From Paragordius varius (Eukaryota; Animalia; Nematomorpha), in assembly GCA_964247055.1 (NCBI GenBank), contig OZ176055.1, positions 4,588,001 to 4,652,000 on the forward strand: a stretch of DNA of 64,000 nt, written 5' to 3'. The notes below the pieces were generated by a model. The model was given only the letters and a program-made list of their open reading frames with translations, had not been told where the DNA came from and made no database searches. The position numbers were made by a program, and so were the translations under genes. This document shows positions 38,379 through 51,330 of the stretch, one piece after another. Within the stretch, counting starts at the first letter, position 1. Every line of letters begins with the position of its first letter.

Positions 38379-38781
38379 TTATAGAAGAGCTATTCGCGAA
38401 TCAGCCAAATAAAAGCGATAATTTTCTGCAGCTATGTCTTGGTATTGATGTAAATAATCGTCGATTCCCAAAGGTCCAATTTCGCAATCGGCACAAGCTA
38501 GATATTTTATACTCTGATCCTTTTCTAATACTGTTTTTGTAAAACCGATATTTTCGAAAATATATATATCGTTGCTATTAACTCTCCAAAATTTATTTTC
38601 TTTTAACTGAGAATTATTGGTAACACTTATTTGTGGAAGAAAGATCTAAAATAATAAATATCCTAACTTCTTTATAAATTAATTTTGCCTTGTATGGTGA
38701 AAGAATGAGACACTGACAATTTTTGCATACAATTGATTTTTCGTTTTCTGAATCGACAACACACGCAGGATCAATTGTCAT
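38379..38781 (-). CDS. RABIF: MSS4/RABIF Rab-interacting zinc protein, 2 exons, 126 aa
   Basis: Exons 38781-38668 and 38645-38379 with a 22-nt GT-AG intron. CKNC near the N-terminus, FENIGF, YLACADCEIGPLG and FYLADSRI are Mss4-family motifs with four Zn-binding Cys. Confidence 0.92.
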
Positions 38782-40383
38782 AATGCATATAAACACATGC
38801 TAAAAATTTATTTAATATTAGTGGCAGCACGAGAATACAATTTTTAAAATATCGATAAGCAGCATTAAATACTTAATAATAATAATAAATTGTATCCATC
38901 GCCACACCACTATTAAACAAGACAATTCGTATTAAAAAATAAAATTCATGTATTTATGGTTGAAATTTTTATGCTTTTAAGATTATTCGAGCATTCCAAA
39001 AAATTTAATCGTTTCCTATAAATTAGTGACAAATTCTGTGAAAAATTCAAGGCCCCTAGTTTAACCCTCGTGTTGAAACCATACTCATTATGCCACAACA
39101 GTATAAAGCCGAAAATAAAATTATTAATTTAAATATTTTGACAGTATCGATGTTTTAACATTTCAACATTTTTTTTAGTTTTTTGTCCTAATTTACCTTT
39201 TGGGGTAGTTTTTAATAAATTAACTAAAGTTTTGAAAGCTATTTCATTAGATTTAATTATCATATATTGTTATAAGCGTAGATAAAAAAGCCTATATTTT
39301 TTACATCGCTAAAATTGGGACAGCTCTAACAAATGAAACGAACAGCCCTTATGAAAATTATAATAGATCAATTTTTGCTGTTAAATGTAGCCTGAAATCT
39401 TTTTAAAATAAATTATTTCTATTTTTTAACCATAATATATAATATATATTCTATTTGCCTGTTGCATTAGCGTTAAAAAAATTATTTATAAAAAAGAATA
39501 GCGGCAAAAATGTTTGAGATTATGATTTTTTTACATTTTAAATATTTTTAAAAAGTTTTTTTGCATAAGGGGCCTAAAAAACTAAAGAATATTTTTTCAG
39601 CTTAATACCTTAAATACTTTTCAACAAATATGAAATGATTCCACGATATAAAACTACCCTAAAAAGTAACGGGGGTGTTAATGATATTAAATGTTTTTTT
39701 ATAAATTGATGTCTGGTTTTTTCGAATTATCTTAATGAATTCTTCTCAAATAATTAAATTTGACTATTATTTAGGTATAGTGTTTTATAAAAATTAATTT
39801 GAATACTTTAAGAAGTATTTAAAATATCTATTCTGTAGCTATTTGAACGCATCTCAATTATTTATTAAATGTTAAATTGTAACAATTTACTTGCCGTCAA
39901 TTTTTCTTGGGTTTCTAAATCCTAATATAACAGATAAATAAATGTATGGCGAAAAAAAAATTAATCAATTTTTTATATTTAGAGATTTTTACAGCTGTGT
40001 ATAATCCGATTTTGTCGTAACTAAATTTTGGGCAGAAATTGGAAAACTTTACCTAAAATTTTTTATCACATACATATGTTAGATAAAATTAACCAAATCT
40101 AAAAGTTTAAGATTTGGTACAGAGGTACTTCAAAATGAGTCGGCAAAAAAGGGAAGTTATAAAGTCTTAAAAACATAAAAAATATTTTGCAGCGAAACTT
40201 ATGAAAATACATTTATTTGTATATGTATTTCCCTTGGGGGGTCCTAGAAAGTATGATTTTTATAATTCAAATTTGAATTGGCCATGGGGTCCTCAACTTC
40301 TCGAGACAATAGGGGAAATATATATGATTCATTTATATGAATTGTTAAAAACTGCACTTTTTTATGCAAGATATACATACGGC

Positions 40384-42979
40384 ATGTCTAACCTTAAAAA
40401 AATATCAGTGATTGGCTCTGGAAATTGGTTTAGAATTTAAAACTCACAACAATATTTTATTTAATTTAGGGGAACGGTGATTGCCCGAATTATTGCACAC
40501 AATGTCGTAAAGCTACCGGAAAAATATAACAAAACAATTAATGTTTACGTATACGAAGAAGTAATTAATGGGCAAAAGCTAACAGAAATAATTAACACTC
40601 AACACGAAAATATTAAATATTTGCCCGGATATAAAATTCCCGACAATGTTGTAAGAAATTTTACGAGAAATTAGTTATAATGATTATTTGAATTTCATAC
40701 ATAGAAAAAAACCATTATGAAAAATAATATTATTGTAAAAAATTTAAATATTACATTATAACCCATTTTTGACGTTTTTGCTCATATAAAATTTAGTGGT
40801 TATTAAAAAAATATTGAAAACGTATTTTTGTACAATGTTTTTTATGAAACCTTTAGTAAATATTAATGGTTTTACACGAAAACCTTCAAAGGCATTAAAT
40901 ATCTGAAATAAAATAGCTAAATGGATATTTTTATGAAGATGCTATATGATAGTTTTTAAATTTTTTTTTCTAAAAATCACTTTAAAAAATTAGTTGTTCA
41001 TGCGTTGATATTAAATCATTTTTAACAAGAAATGAACTTTTTCTTTTTTCTCTTTTAGACAGCAATACCACATGTGAAAGATGTGTGCCAAGATACGGAT
41101 CTATTTGTGTTTGTGATGCCACACCAGTTTATACGGGCCGTGTGTAAAGAGATGGTAGGCCACGTTAAGGATAATGCATTTGGTCTTTCGCTTGTCAAGG
41201 TTATCACCGCATTATTTTTTAATTTTTTTAATAGTAATATCCTTATCTGTTTGCTCACTTTTAGATTCAAAGTCTTTATAAATTTTTATTTTTTGGGTAT
41301 TTTTCTAAAGTTGTACTTTTTATCATAAAAACGATTTACATATTATGTATCTAGCATTATATGAGTGACACAATAAATTAATAATCTAACATTTGTGGTA
41401 AGTTGCTATTTTATCATTACCATATTCTAGGGCTTAGATTTTCAAAATGGAAAGACAATGTTGATAACGGAAGTTATTCGTTCTATTCTTCCAAACATGT
41501 CGATGAGCGTTCTTATGGGGGCAAATTTGGCCCCAGAAATCGCGGCTGAAAAGTTTTGTGAAACTACAATCGGTAATTCGGATAACCCTGATTAATTTTT
41601 CATATATTACTATAAATTTTATAGGTTCATCTGATAAAAAGATTGGAGAAATGTGGAAAGAACTATGTCAAACACCGTATTTTCGCATAACCGTAGTCCA
41701 AGACTTGGAAACTGTTGAACTTTGTGGGGCTTTAAAAGTAAGTTTTTTAACTTGCATTATTTTTGGAATTATATTTAATTTTCAAGCTCTAATGCAAAAT
41801 ATGTTTTATCCACATATATCTTTTTATTAGTCGCTCTTATCTCATCTATTTAATAATAATCTCCATATTTGATAGAGTTTATTATCTTTGTATTTTTTTT
41901 TATACAAAATAGATTTACCATAACATTAATATTTTTATATATTCTTTCCTATTATCTCATTTAATTTAATATTTATGACTACTTTAGAATATTGTGGCTT
42001 TCGGAGCTGGTATGATAGATGGTTTGGGTATGGGTGATAACACAAAAGCCGCAATGATTCGCCTTGGATTGATGGAAATGGTGAAACTTAGTAAACTTAA
42101 ATATCCTCAAAGTAGTCATCTCAGAACTTTTTTTGAATCCTGTGGAATTGCTGATTTAATCACGACGTGTTATGGGGGCCGAAATAGGAAAGTGGGCGAA
42201 GCGTTTGTCAAAACAGGAAAAGTATGTTTGATTTTATTTTAAAATATTTTTTGTCTACATATGATGATATAATTTGATTTGGTTTATACATCGGCTACGG
42301 AGTCGTATATCTATTAGCGTTTTTAAAAATTTCCAAAATTGGGCACAAAATTCTACTTTTATATCCCGGTGAATTGGTTGGATCATCTTTGAACAGACAC
42401 CAGTTTTATATTTACAAAAACATCTACAGTGCACCCAGTAGTGAGCTTTTAAATAAACAACGCTTGAAAATAATTAGCTTATGCTGATCATCATCACTCC
42501 GATTGTTAATAAAGCTTTAGTTCATAAAATTGATTGTTTAACATTAAAAGTGTAAAATAGATTTTATTTTTCTAACTACTTTGCCATATTTGGCAAAACT
42601 AAGTTATCGTTTACAAGATCATTACTAATCATAAGCTAACATTTAAAAAAATTTCGAATTAAAAAATGTTACGGTTTTACACGTATAACAGAAAGTGGAA
42701 GAACTGGAAAGCGAATTGCTCAAGGGACAAAAACTTCAGGGACCTCACACGGCTTTAGATGTCTTTCAGGAACTTCAGGCTTCTAACCTCGAAAAGGAGT
42801 ATTGATTAATAAATATTATTTTTACCTATTCTTTTTACCTCTTATTTAAACATTTCTATAAATTATTTTTTAGCTTCCCAATTTTTACCGGCATTCATAT
42901 GATAGCGATTGGGAAAAAGCCTCCGTCTTATATCATAACTACACTTCAGGAGGAGCCCCCAATTATTGAAATTCCTTAG
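40384..42979 (+). CDS. GPD1: Cytosolic NAD-dependent glycerol-3-phosphate dehydrogenase, 8 exons, 355 aa
   Basis: Exons 40384-40427, 40470-40650, 41059-41199, 41431-41572, 41625-41737, 41988-42221, 42692-42798, 42874-42979 (1068 nt). Motifs: [70 protein letters not shown]. Confidence 0.96.
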
Positions 42980-43692
42980 ATCTAACATTATTCATCTCAT
43001 AATATCTTATTTTAAGATTGCGGTGATAAAATAATGATATTATTTGTGCAATTTATTATACCTAACAAAATCATTGTGTTACATACAAAATTATTAACCC
43101 ATTTTAGTCAACTTTTTTATCTTTTTATATTCTATATAGACTGGTGATATATTTTCACTTTGATATATAATTAATTTAATTATTTTATGCACAATAGTTT
43201 TTGCAAATCATGATTCATTTAAGTTTTTTATGTTTAAAAATATTACTCAATTATATTTTATTGATATTCACCTATTGTTGCTCTTACTATCACAAACAGC
43301 ATTGATTACAATCACAAAATTAAATGCTTTTATTTTCTCTAATCATTTTGATGTGCATTGTCTAACCTAAAAGTTAGTAAAAATACGTTTTAGCATATTT
43401 TATCACAAACCCTATCGTTAAAAGGTTAGTCATTGGAACGGTCTATAAAATAATATTTGTCCATTAGTAGAAAATAAAAATTTTATATTATTTTTTTATT
43501 AAATTAAACTCTCAAACAGCTATCGTTTGAATAGCAATCGGTTTTATATACAAAGGAGCTTAAAACAATTCTATCGGTGAGGTTTTTTAGTTATTCTTAA
43601 AATGCATATGATATATGATTTTTCTAGCTTTATAATTATTGCATTTAGATAGTTGGTCAGAAAAAATTATTAATATCAACAATAATAACATA

Positions 43693-44351
43693 TGCAATTT
43701 GCACTTCACTTGAACACTTCAAGTTGGTCTTTGAACATTTCAAGTTGGTCAAACACTTCATGTTGGTTCTTGAGCGTTTCAAATTTGTACAATTTTTCTT
43801 TGAAAATATTCATAATAAATGAATAATATTATTAAATTGGAAAAAATTAGTTATTAATCAAAAATATTAATTTAAAATATATAGTAAACAAGAAAATTAG
43901 GATAAAAATTAACAAAATAAATATATACACGCAAAATTTATGGTTAAATCCAAACTTAAAAATTTCAAGGACCAACTTGAAGTGTTCAAGGAACAATTAA
44001 TTCAAAAACCATTTTTTAAAAAAAATATTAACTTATGTTTTTTATTAAAAATTGTAAATAATAATCCAAACTTCTATATATTTTTAATAACGTGTTAAAA
44101 GCTTATAAATATTTTAAATAATTTTTAGAAATTAATAATATACGGTTCTGGAATAATTAAAAGTTAGTATTGAAAATTTATGTTTATTATAGAAAATAGG
44201 TCAAAAATTATTAAATAGATAAATGATATACGATTTGATTGATATTAAATATAAATTAATATTGTTAAAAGACCTTTAGTGTCACATGCCAACTTGAAAG
44301 GTACAAGGACCAGCTTGAGTTTTCAAAGACCAACTTGAAGTGTAAATGGTA
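43693..44351. mobile_element. MITE family B: same terminus as family A, different subterminal repeat
   Basis: Right end ...GACCAACTTGAAGTGTAAATGGTA|TA. The left arm has about 3-4 copies of CACTTCAAGTTGGTC(TTTGAA) and a degraded terminus. A further inverted repeat block lies near 43965-43992. Confidence 0.65.
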
Positions 44352-45474
44352 TACATCAATAGGTGGTAACTGTATTTTACTTAATTTACTTTAGTGTGTT
44401 ATAATTACCAAAGCTAAGATATTGGCATATCATTTAAAATGAAAATATTATGAGAACACACAACGTTATAAATCAAAGTTTGTCAGAACATTAGCAATAT
44501 TTTGTAAATGATGTAATGAAGATGACCTTGGCGAAATAGATAAAAATATATCCATAAAACTGTTTTTGACATATAATTATTTTTAAAAATATATTGATTT
44601 ATATAGGATACTTTTGGAATCTCTAAACCAACAATTAATTTTCTCCCAATTCGGGTCAATTATTAAAACCGTTAATTGACTAATTTTTGGTAATTGTGCA
44701 TATCAAGGGCAATTCGGTTTTGTATACAATACATAGTTGTTTAAAATTATAATATATGGATCAAAACCGTTATAAATATGTGTATTGTCTCCGAGTCCCG
44801 GTATGCAAGAATCTCTTAGCGACCTGTTTTCTTAAGTCTCTAATGCATCTTTATTATAAGGTGCTAGATTTTTTGTTACTTTTAAATAGGACAATCTATT
44901 ATCCGACTATTTTATATAATGGTAGTAATTTATTGTGACATATCAATCATGGTTTTTTATTATTTTATTCAATACGCATATTATTTATAACTAAATATCA
45001 AGTATTTTGTTAACTTCACACATTATAGAGTGCTAAAAAACTTCGCAATTTTGATGATTAACATAGATATCATATTATATCAATCGTCAACTTTCGATTG
45101 CGGAAATTGATAGTTTCTTCATTAAGCATTTAATTTTAATCTCTTTTCTCTCTCGCTTATTATGATTTAGGGATTATTAGTTGTGAAATATATTACACAT
45201 AATATAATGGATGGTTGGTTGGTAAAAGACAAAGAAATACATCTTACTTTTAAAGGGTGGAAAACTTCAAACAAAATAAGGTGTTTAAAATTAATTTTAT
45301 TTACTACTCATTATTATTGCATAAAACGAATCACTTTTCATGAAAACAGGATTGTTTACTTTATTTTTGGTAATATTCCATAACTATCCCCTATCTAGAG
45401 GTTTTCATTCATGATTTTTTTACTAATATTTTCAATAAATAATTATTCCATATTTATATGATGTTATTTTTTAG

Positions 45475-48297
45475 CCAATCATTATATATTACCGGACGAA
45501 TTACGAATCGAAAGAGGTAAATAATTAATTTTTTTATAATTTAACAAATCTAAAAGAGCTTAGCTATGATAGTTATAGAATTACCTTAGTATTGATGTAC
45601 GTGAGATCCCCTTCATAATTTTTTTAAAATAAACAGGACCAAAATAGCTCGTGTTGATGATGCATTTTTCTGAATTTAAAAAAGAATTACCTATTTTTTT
45701 AAGTGACGTTTGAAGAGTCTACATTACCAAGTTACTAGTTTGTGGATATATTTTGGATAACTTATAATGAACGGAATATTTATTAAAATATAAAAAATGA
45801 ATTTATTAATAAAAGGAGTCATTTTACCACAGGGAAATTATATGGGAGAGGGCATCTACGGAAGATAGTATGTTATATAAATTATACAGATACTAAAAGA
45901 CATTTTTTTAAAAATCCTAATTTTTAAATTGGTTATAAATCTAACTCATCTTTTTGGTTGCGAAATAGGGAATATCTAAATTGTTGATATTTACAACTAT
46001 GTATAAATTGTAGTATATATGTTGGAAAAAATCCAAGTTTAGAAGACTATGATTACTTAAAAAAAAATTTCTAGCTTGTACGTTAATGAATAATATTTAA
46101 ATCAATAAATTATAGATAGATTACCATTGACGCAATGGGTTCCCTTTCAAAATACAATTGATCCGGCAATAATTTATGAGTATTTTTTACTTTTAGACCT
46201 AATAAATAGAAATAATTTTATTATCATTTTAAAACATGTAAATTGCATTGAAATAATCTAGTAAAAACGAAATCAGGTGTCCAACACAAATGGATTGGTG
46301 GGCCGCATTTTGCCCCAAAACCCGGCGGGTCGCATAAACATATATGGACATGCATAAATGATTTCTGAATCCAACATAATACTATAAAATGTAAACACAA
46401 CACAACCATTTTTCAATTGACTTATTTGTTAGTAAAAATTTTTGCGGGCAGTGTATAAAGTTTCGGAGGGCCATGTGTTGGACACCCCTGATATATATCC
46501 TATGAAATAAAATTTATATTAAATATTATAATCTTAAACCAAAACAAAGTATTAATCTCTCTTGGGCTTTGCATACTATTTGGTTATATGTTAACAAATA
46601 CGATCTAAGGTTTTTTAACTGAAAAATATATCACTTTTGATTATTTATGACTGATATATCCAGTCTTAGTGGGTTAATGCCAATTTTCCATAAACAAAAC
46701 ACGAATCCATTAATACCATTTACAATTCATATTCACCCTTAAACAATTTATATTCACCCTTGAACAATTCAAATTCACCCTAAAAATAAATTATGTTTTT
46801 TCTGTCTAATATAACTCATCATTAATATGAAATATATCTTTATGGCATAGTTTATTATTTTTTTCAGTATTATTTAAATTTTAAACAAAATTTAATTTTT
46901 CAAAAATATAAAAAATTATAAGTTATTTTTAATCTTAAAACACATAATTTATTTAAGGGTGAATTTGAATTGTCCAAGGGTGAATTTGAAGTGTAAATGG
47001 TATATTAAAGGTTATTTGTTTTTGAGTATAATCCCAATGTATGTTTATTTTAATATATGCAAAAATCACTTATTTTGGAGTAGACAACTTTGAGGCATTC
47101 ACATTCAATATTTTCATTCAAAATATTATTAATATTTTAGAAATAATTTTTAATATGCAGTTTCCAAGGAAATCGAATAATTGGTAATCGGGTGGTAAGA
47201 TTGACGCCCGCGTACAAAACTTTTCAGCGAATTAAGGAGAGCTCGAATAACAAGGACGATGATAAATACGATTTTATCCGCGATAAACCCTATTCACAAA
47301 CCTATAAATTTGGAAGTAAATTGGCCTAAGCAATATTTTTACATCACTTTAATTTTTCAATAAAGAAAATCATAATTTATATAATATACAGTATTGAAAA
47401 TATATAGTCAAAACCTATAATTCAAAAGACAAATATTTTTTTAAAAAGACAACCGTACTTTATCAAACCTTATTTTTCCCACATATACTATTTAACTATA
47501 ATTTCGAATTATATGATTGAGTGTATTAACAATTTACATCTTGCCCAAAAATGATGATTTTATTTAAAACATCAATATTTTAAAAACATAATTGTCTTTT
47601 GAAAAAAAATGTTTTTAGTATTTACTTTTTGACCGTATAATTTCATTTTTTTACTATATTCATAAGATCAAAGAGGACATTTGAGACATAATCTGGATAG
47701 TAAAAATGTTATACCAAACATTCAACCTGCATACTCCAATAATGACAAATTTCGGATGAATTCTTTCACAAATCATTATTACAAGCCACCAAAGGAATAC
47801 GAGAAAAATGAGTTGCCTAAACCTCAACCATTTTATTATAGACAGAGTATTAACTTATTTATTGTATTTAAATACAAAAAACAAGCAGATTATAATCCAC
47901 CCTAAAAGCATAAAATCAATTTAATCAGGGCATCGAACCGGAATCGCAATGTTACCGGAACCCGGTTCCTGAGATTTTAGCAAGAAACGGTGCCGTTGGG
48001 TTATAACCAAGCCGGTTCCGGTTCCTTGTTCTCCCAGGAATCGTCCCGGCGGTTTCAAATTAGCAACCAGCCAAGCAACTGTCCAGGAACCATTTCGTTT
48101 TCGGTTCCATTTTTTTCGACCCGGTTCTAAGCCCTGATTTTATTGTTTCCATAATACATGATTTTGTTCATTCGAAAACTGGTATATGAAACTAATTTTC
48201 ATAATAAATTTAATTCATATATATCTTAAATTTGATCATGTTTGTCTTTAGATGGTCAAGCTTATGGCGATATCCAGGATTTGGAATTTGAAAAAAA
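45475..48297 (+). CDS. Uncharacterised multi-exon gene; internal exons only, start and stop unresolved
   Basis: Exons 47161-47315, 47667-47846 and 48252-48297 have AG/GT boundaries with compatible phases and read FQGNRIIGNRVVRLTPAYK...HYYKPPKEYEKNELPKPQPFYYRQNGQAYGDIQDLEFEK. Exon 45475-45516 is possible. No family recognised. Confidence 0.45.
46274..46490. mobile_element. hAT-like MITE, second family
   Basis: CAGGTGTCCAACACA...TGTGTTGGACACCCCTG. The CAGGGGTGTCCAA-type terminus is typical of hAT elements. No intact TSD. Confidence 0.65.
46714..47002. mobile_element. MITE family A copy
   Basis: TACCATTTACAATTC...GAAGTGTAAATGGTA|TA with the same core. Confidence 0.82.
47926..48136. mobile_element. 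hAT-type MITE (211 bp)
   Basis: TIR CAGGGCATCGAACCGG / CCGGTTCTAAGCCCTG, multiple GGAACC/GGTTCC motifs, 8-bp flanks AATTTAAT/ATTTTATT (6/8 match). Confidence 0.78.
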
Positions 48298-48560
48298 GTA
48301 TAATATTTACTTGTACATTTAATTGAAAACAATTGTTTAACTATTTTTTGTTAGTATAGTATATTTGTATTTAGTAATGGATTTTCATAATTTTAAAGCT
48401 TATAATTATTTTACGATTTAAATATTCTTAACTTAAATCTAACTTATATTTATACAGATAAGCAGCATCTGCCATACAAAAAAATGGTTTAAATCCAAAT
48501 AAACACCAAATATTTACAGAATAACCATAGTAATTGAAAATTGAATTTATTTAATAAATT

Positions 48561-49481
48561 TTAACTCATATTATCATCATCTTGAGTGGAGTAGATGGAT
48601 GTGTTTGAAAGAGTTGAAGTATGAGTCGCAAAACTAGAAACGCTTTCTCCACTCAAAGAATCAATATCTGCAAATTTTTTATTGGCGGTTTTTGTTTCAA
48701 AATACTTTTTTGTTTTGGAGAATCGTTTCGAATCTTTCGTAAGATGGGAACTTGTTTGAGAATTACCAACTAAAAAAATAATTTTATTTTTTATTAAAAA
48801 GGTGAAAAATATATTTTATAGTTATATACAGTAGTTATATATGGTTTGTTCTGCGAAAAACTTAGGCTATTATTAATTTTCTAGTTTTTATGTAAAATAT
48901 TATATACCCAACTGATTATATCTCGGTAATTCCTGCTTGTATTTGTCATCCAATTGGGAATTCATTCGATTCATAAAGTTCATAACAGATTTTGAATATC
49001 TTTAAATGGTTATTTATATATAAAAGAAATATTTTTTATGGAGTATAATTTATGTTATAATGTATTTAGTTTTTTAAAAATGATTATATATATTAAGTTA
49101 ATTGATTTTTCAACTAATTAACTATATTAAATTTATCCTTATGTGTGTAATATTTAATAATTTGGTAGCTAATAATTTTATATCAATTTTCTCTAATTGC
49201 GAAAAATATTTAAATAATAATTATCGGCGAGACTGTGGCAGGACGAGTAGAGCAAATTGGTTTATTTTATATATAATAAGTATGTACTTGCACTTTAGGA
49301 CCTCTATATTTGAATGCAGCTTAGATAAACATATTAATCTTTCTATCGAAAAATTAGGGTCATTTCCATATGTTATTAAAAACTTTTTTCTTGCAGACCA
49401 TTCTTTGCCATTTTCAAATATGGTTCTTAGTTCTCGATATTGTCCATTTTTAAGCAGAACTACTTCTGTTTCCATATTCAT
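48561..49481 (-). CDS. Small XTBD (XRN2-binding domain) protein, CDKN2AIPNL/PAXT-1-like, 3 exons, about 164 aa
   Basis: Exons 49481-49288, 48999-48908, 48769-48561 (495 nt, open). ENGKEWSARKKFL...ERLICLSKLHSNIEVLKCKYSKSVMNFM fits the XTBD pattern E-x3-W-x2-R-x2-F...L-x2-L-S-x4-N-x3-L-x-C-x-Y, followed by a Ser/Thr-rich tail. Confidence 0.78.
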
Positions 49482-50334
49482 TTCATGTTGTGACTTTTAA
49501 TTTTAAAATGAATGCAACAATCAAAAAAACATTAGAGATTATGTAATCCCTTTAAAAATATTTTTAATAAAAATAAATGTAGGCTTATTCTATTTAAAAA
49601 TTTACCAGTGATAAATTAAATAATGATAAATTATTGGCATAAAACTCAGCCGAATTGTGGATTAATTACTTAAACTGAAAATTTAACTAACGTTACTTAG
49701 CGGAAAAACTGAACATAAAATAATTTTTGTAAAAATCGTACAAATCAAAAAATTTTGCGCATAATTAATTTAATGTAATGATTTCGCCAAAAAATAAAGT
49801 ATTTTAGGAGAATTCATTAGCATATAGTAATAAACAACAGATGGTTGAAATGAACAATTTTTTATTATATTTTAATAATTCTGCCTATTAATCATGGTCA
49901 AATTTTACACGATATTCTAATTTTAATGTATAACTTATTTGCTGAAAATAAATCCTTAATTTATCGTTGTCATTTTTTAATGTCAATAAACAGTTGAAAA
50001 CAAATTTACTCAAGACGTTTATATAACTAATCAGGACATTTGTTATTTGTTTAGATTTATTGTCACGTGGTAGTGTTTATATAGGGATATGAGGGGTCAT
50101 ACCCAAATAAATATTTATTTACACTTTAGTTTTTAATTTTATTGTAAAATATTAAACATAATCACATAAAATGAAATCATTTTTTATACATTTATTATGG
50201 GTATTACAGCTTCAATTAATTCTGGTATCAGGTATTTTTTAATTATATACTTTTTGATGTGCCATTACTTTGATTTTTTTTACCAAGATGATTAAACAAT
50301 TTGAATAAAACAAAACTAAGACATTAAAACCAAT

Positions 50335-51330
50335 GTATTAAGTGGAATCATAAGTAACGGTTTTTTTGGTAAAAACCATCTAATGTTGAAAGGAAATTAA
50401 TTACTTATGTTAGTTAAAATATTGGTTATCGGCTTCTACACATTTTACCATCTCTTTTTAAATTCCATTTCAGAAAAACTGATTGTCTTCTGCGTCAAAC
50501 CATTCCTAAAGCCATTTTCCAAAGTCTTCAAAATTGCTGAAATACTGTTCTGCGAACGATTTATTTATGCCATGAGATTCAGATGGCGCCAGGTCAGGAG
50601 AGTACGGTAGATGGGAAAGAATTTTCAATCGAAGCAATTTTAAAATGTCTTTTACTGTTATTGATGTGTGAGACGGATCATTGTTACGTGGCAAAATTAA
50701 CTGCCGTATCTTCTGACCCATTCCGGTGGTTATTCGTTTACTGCATGCTTTAAATTTATAATTTGTTAACTAGAGCCTGATGTATACACGATTTCACTGG
50801 GTTTAAAAAATATAAATACCGCTCTGGTGCACTTGCTAAATCGATTTGACATTTGTTCAAATGTACTGGCTTGGTAAGGCAACACACGCTTTGGATTCTA
50901 CAAAATAAAACCACTGTTTATCTTGACACGATTCGATGCGAAAATAATTGTCCTTGTGTGACCTTGAAGCAGAATTTCACTAATTTTGCAATTTTTATGA
51001 CGTTTTATCTAATTGTGTAAGACCCATTTACCTTTATTGATGTTTTTAACTCTCCTATTTGTTTTTTGTGATACATGTAATCTGCCGATTGTGATTAAGT
51101 TTTGTGTCTTCTGAGGCTATGACAATAAGCATTTTATCTTAAATCCTCTTTAAATAAAGCTTTGTTCATAATTTGCATTTAGGAGATGATGCCGTATTCA
51201 GGACAAGTTATAATGATTAGGACTGTTACTGCTGTAAAAAGATGAACTCAACTTCAAATGGCAATATTTTATAAATAACTAATTCTTAAACCGGTTTTAT
51301 TTTTAAACCGCGATTGAGCCATTACTAATT
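50335..51330 (-). pseudogene. Decayed mariner transposase/element
   Basis: Minus-strand remnants: LKILSHLPYSPDLAPSE (mariner YSPDLAPSD box) at about 50560-50640, LKPSEIVY (KPGET-like) near 50790, FSHRIVS/DKQW (HRIVTGDEKW-like, frameshifted) near 50920. Many stops; boundaries approximate. Confidence 0.8.
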
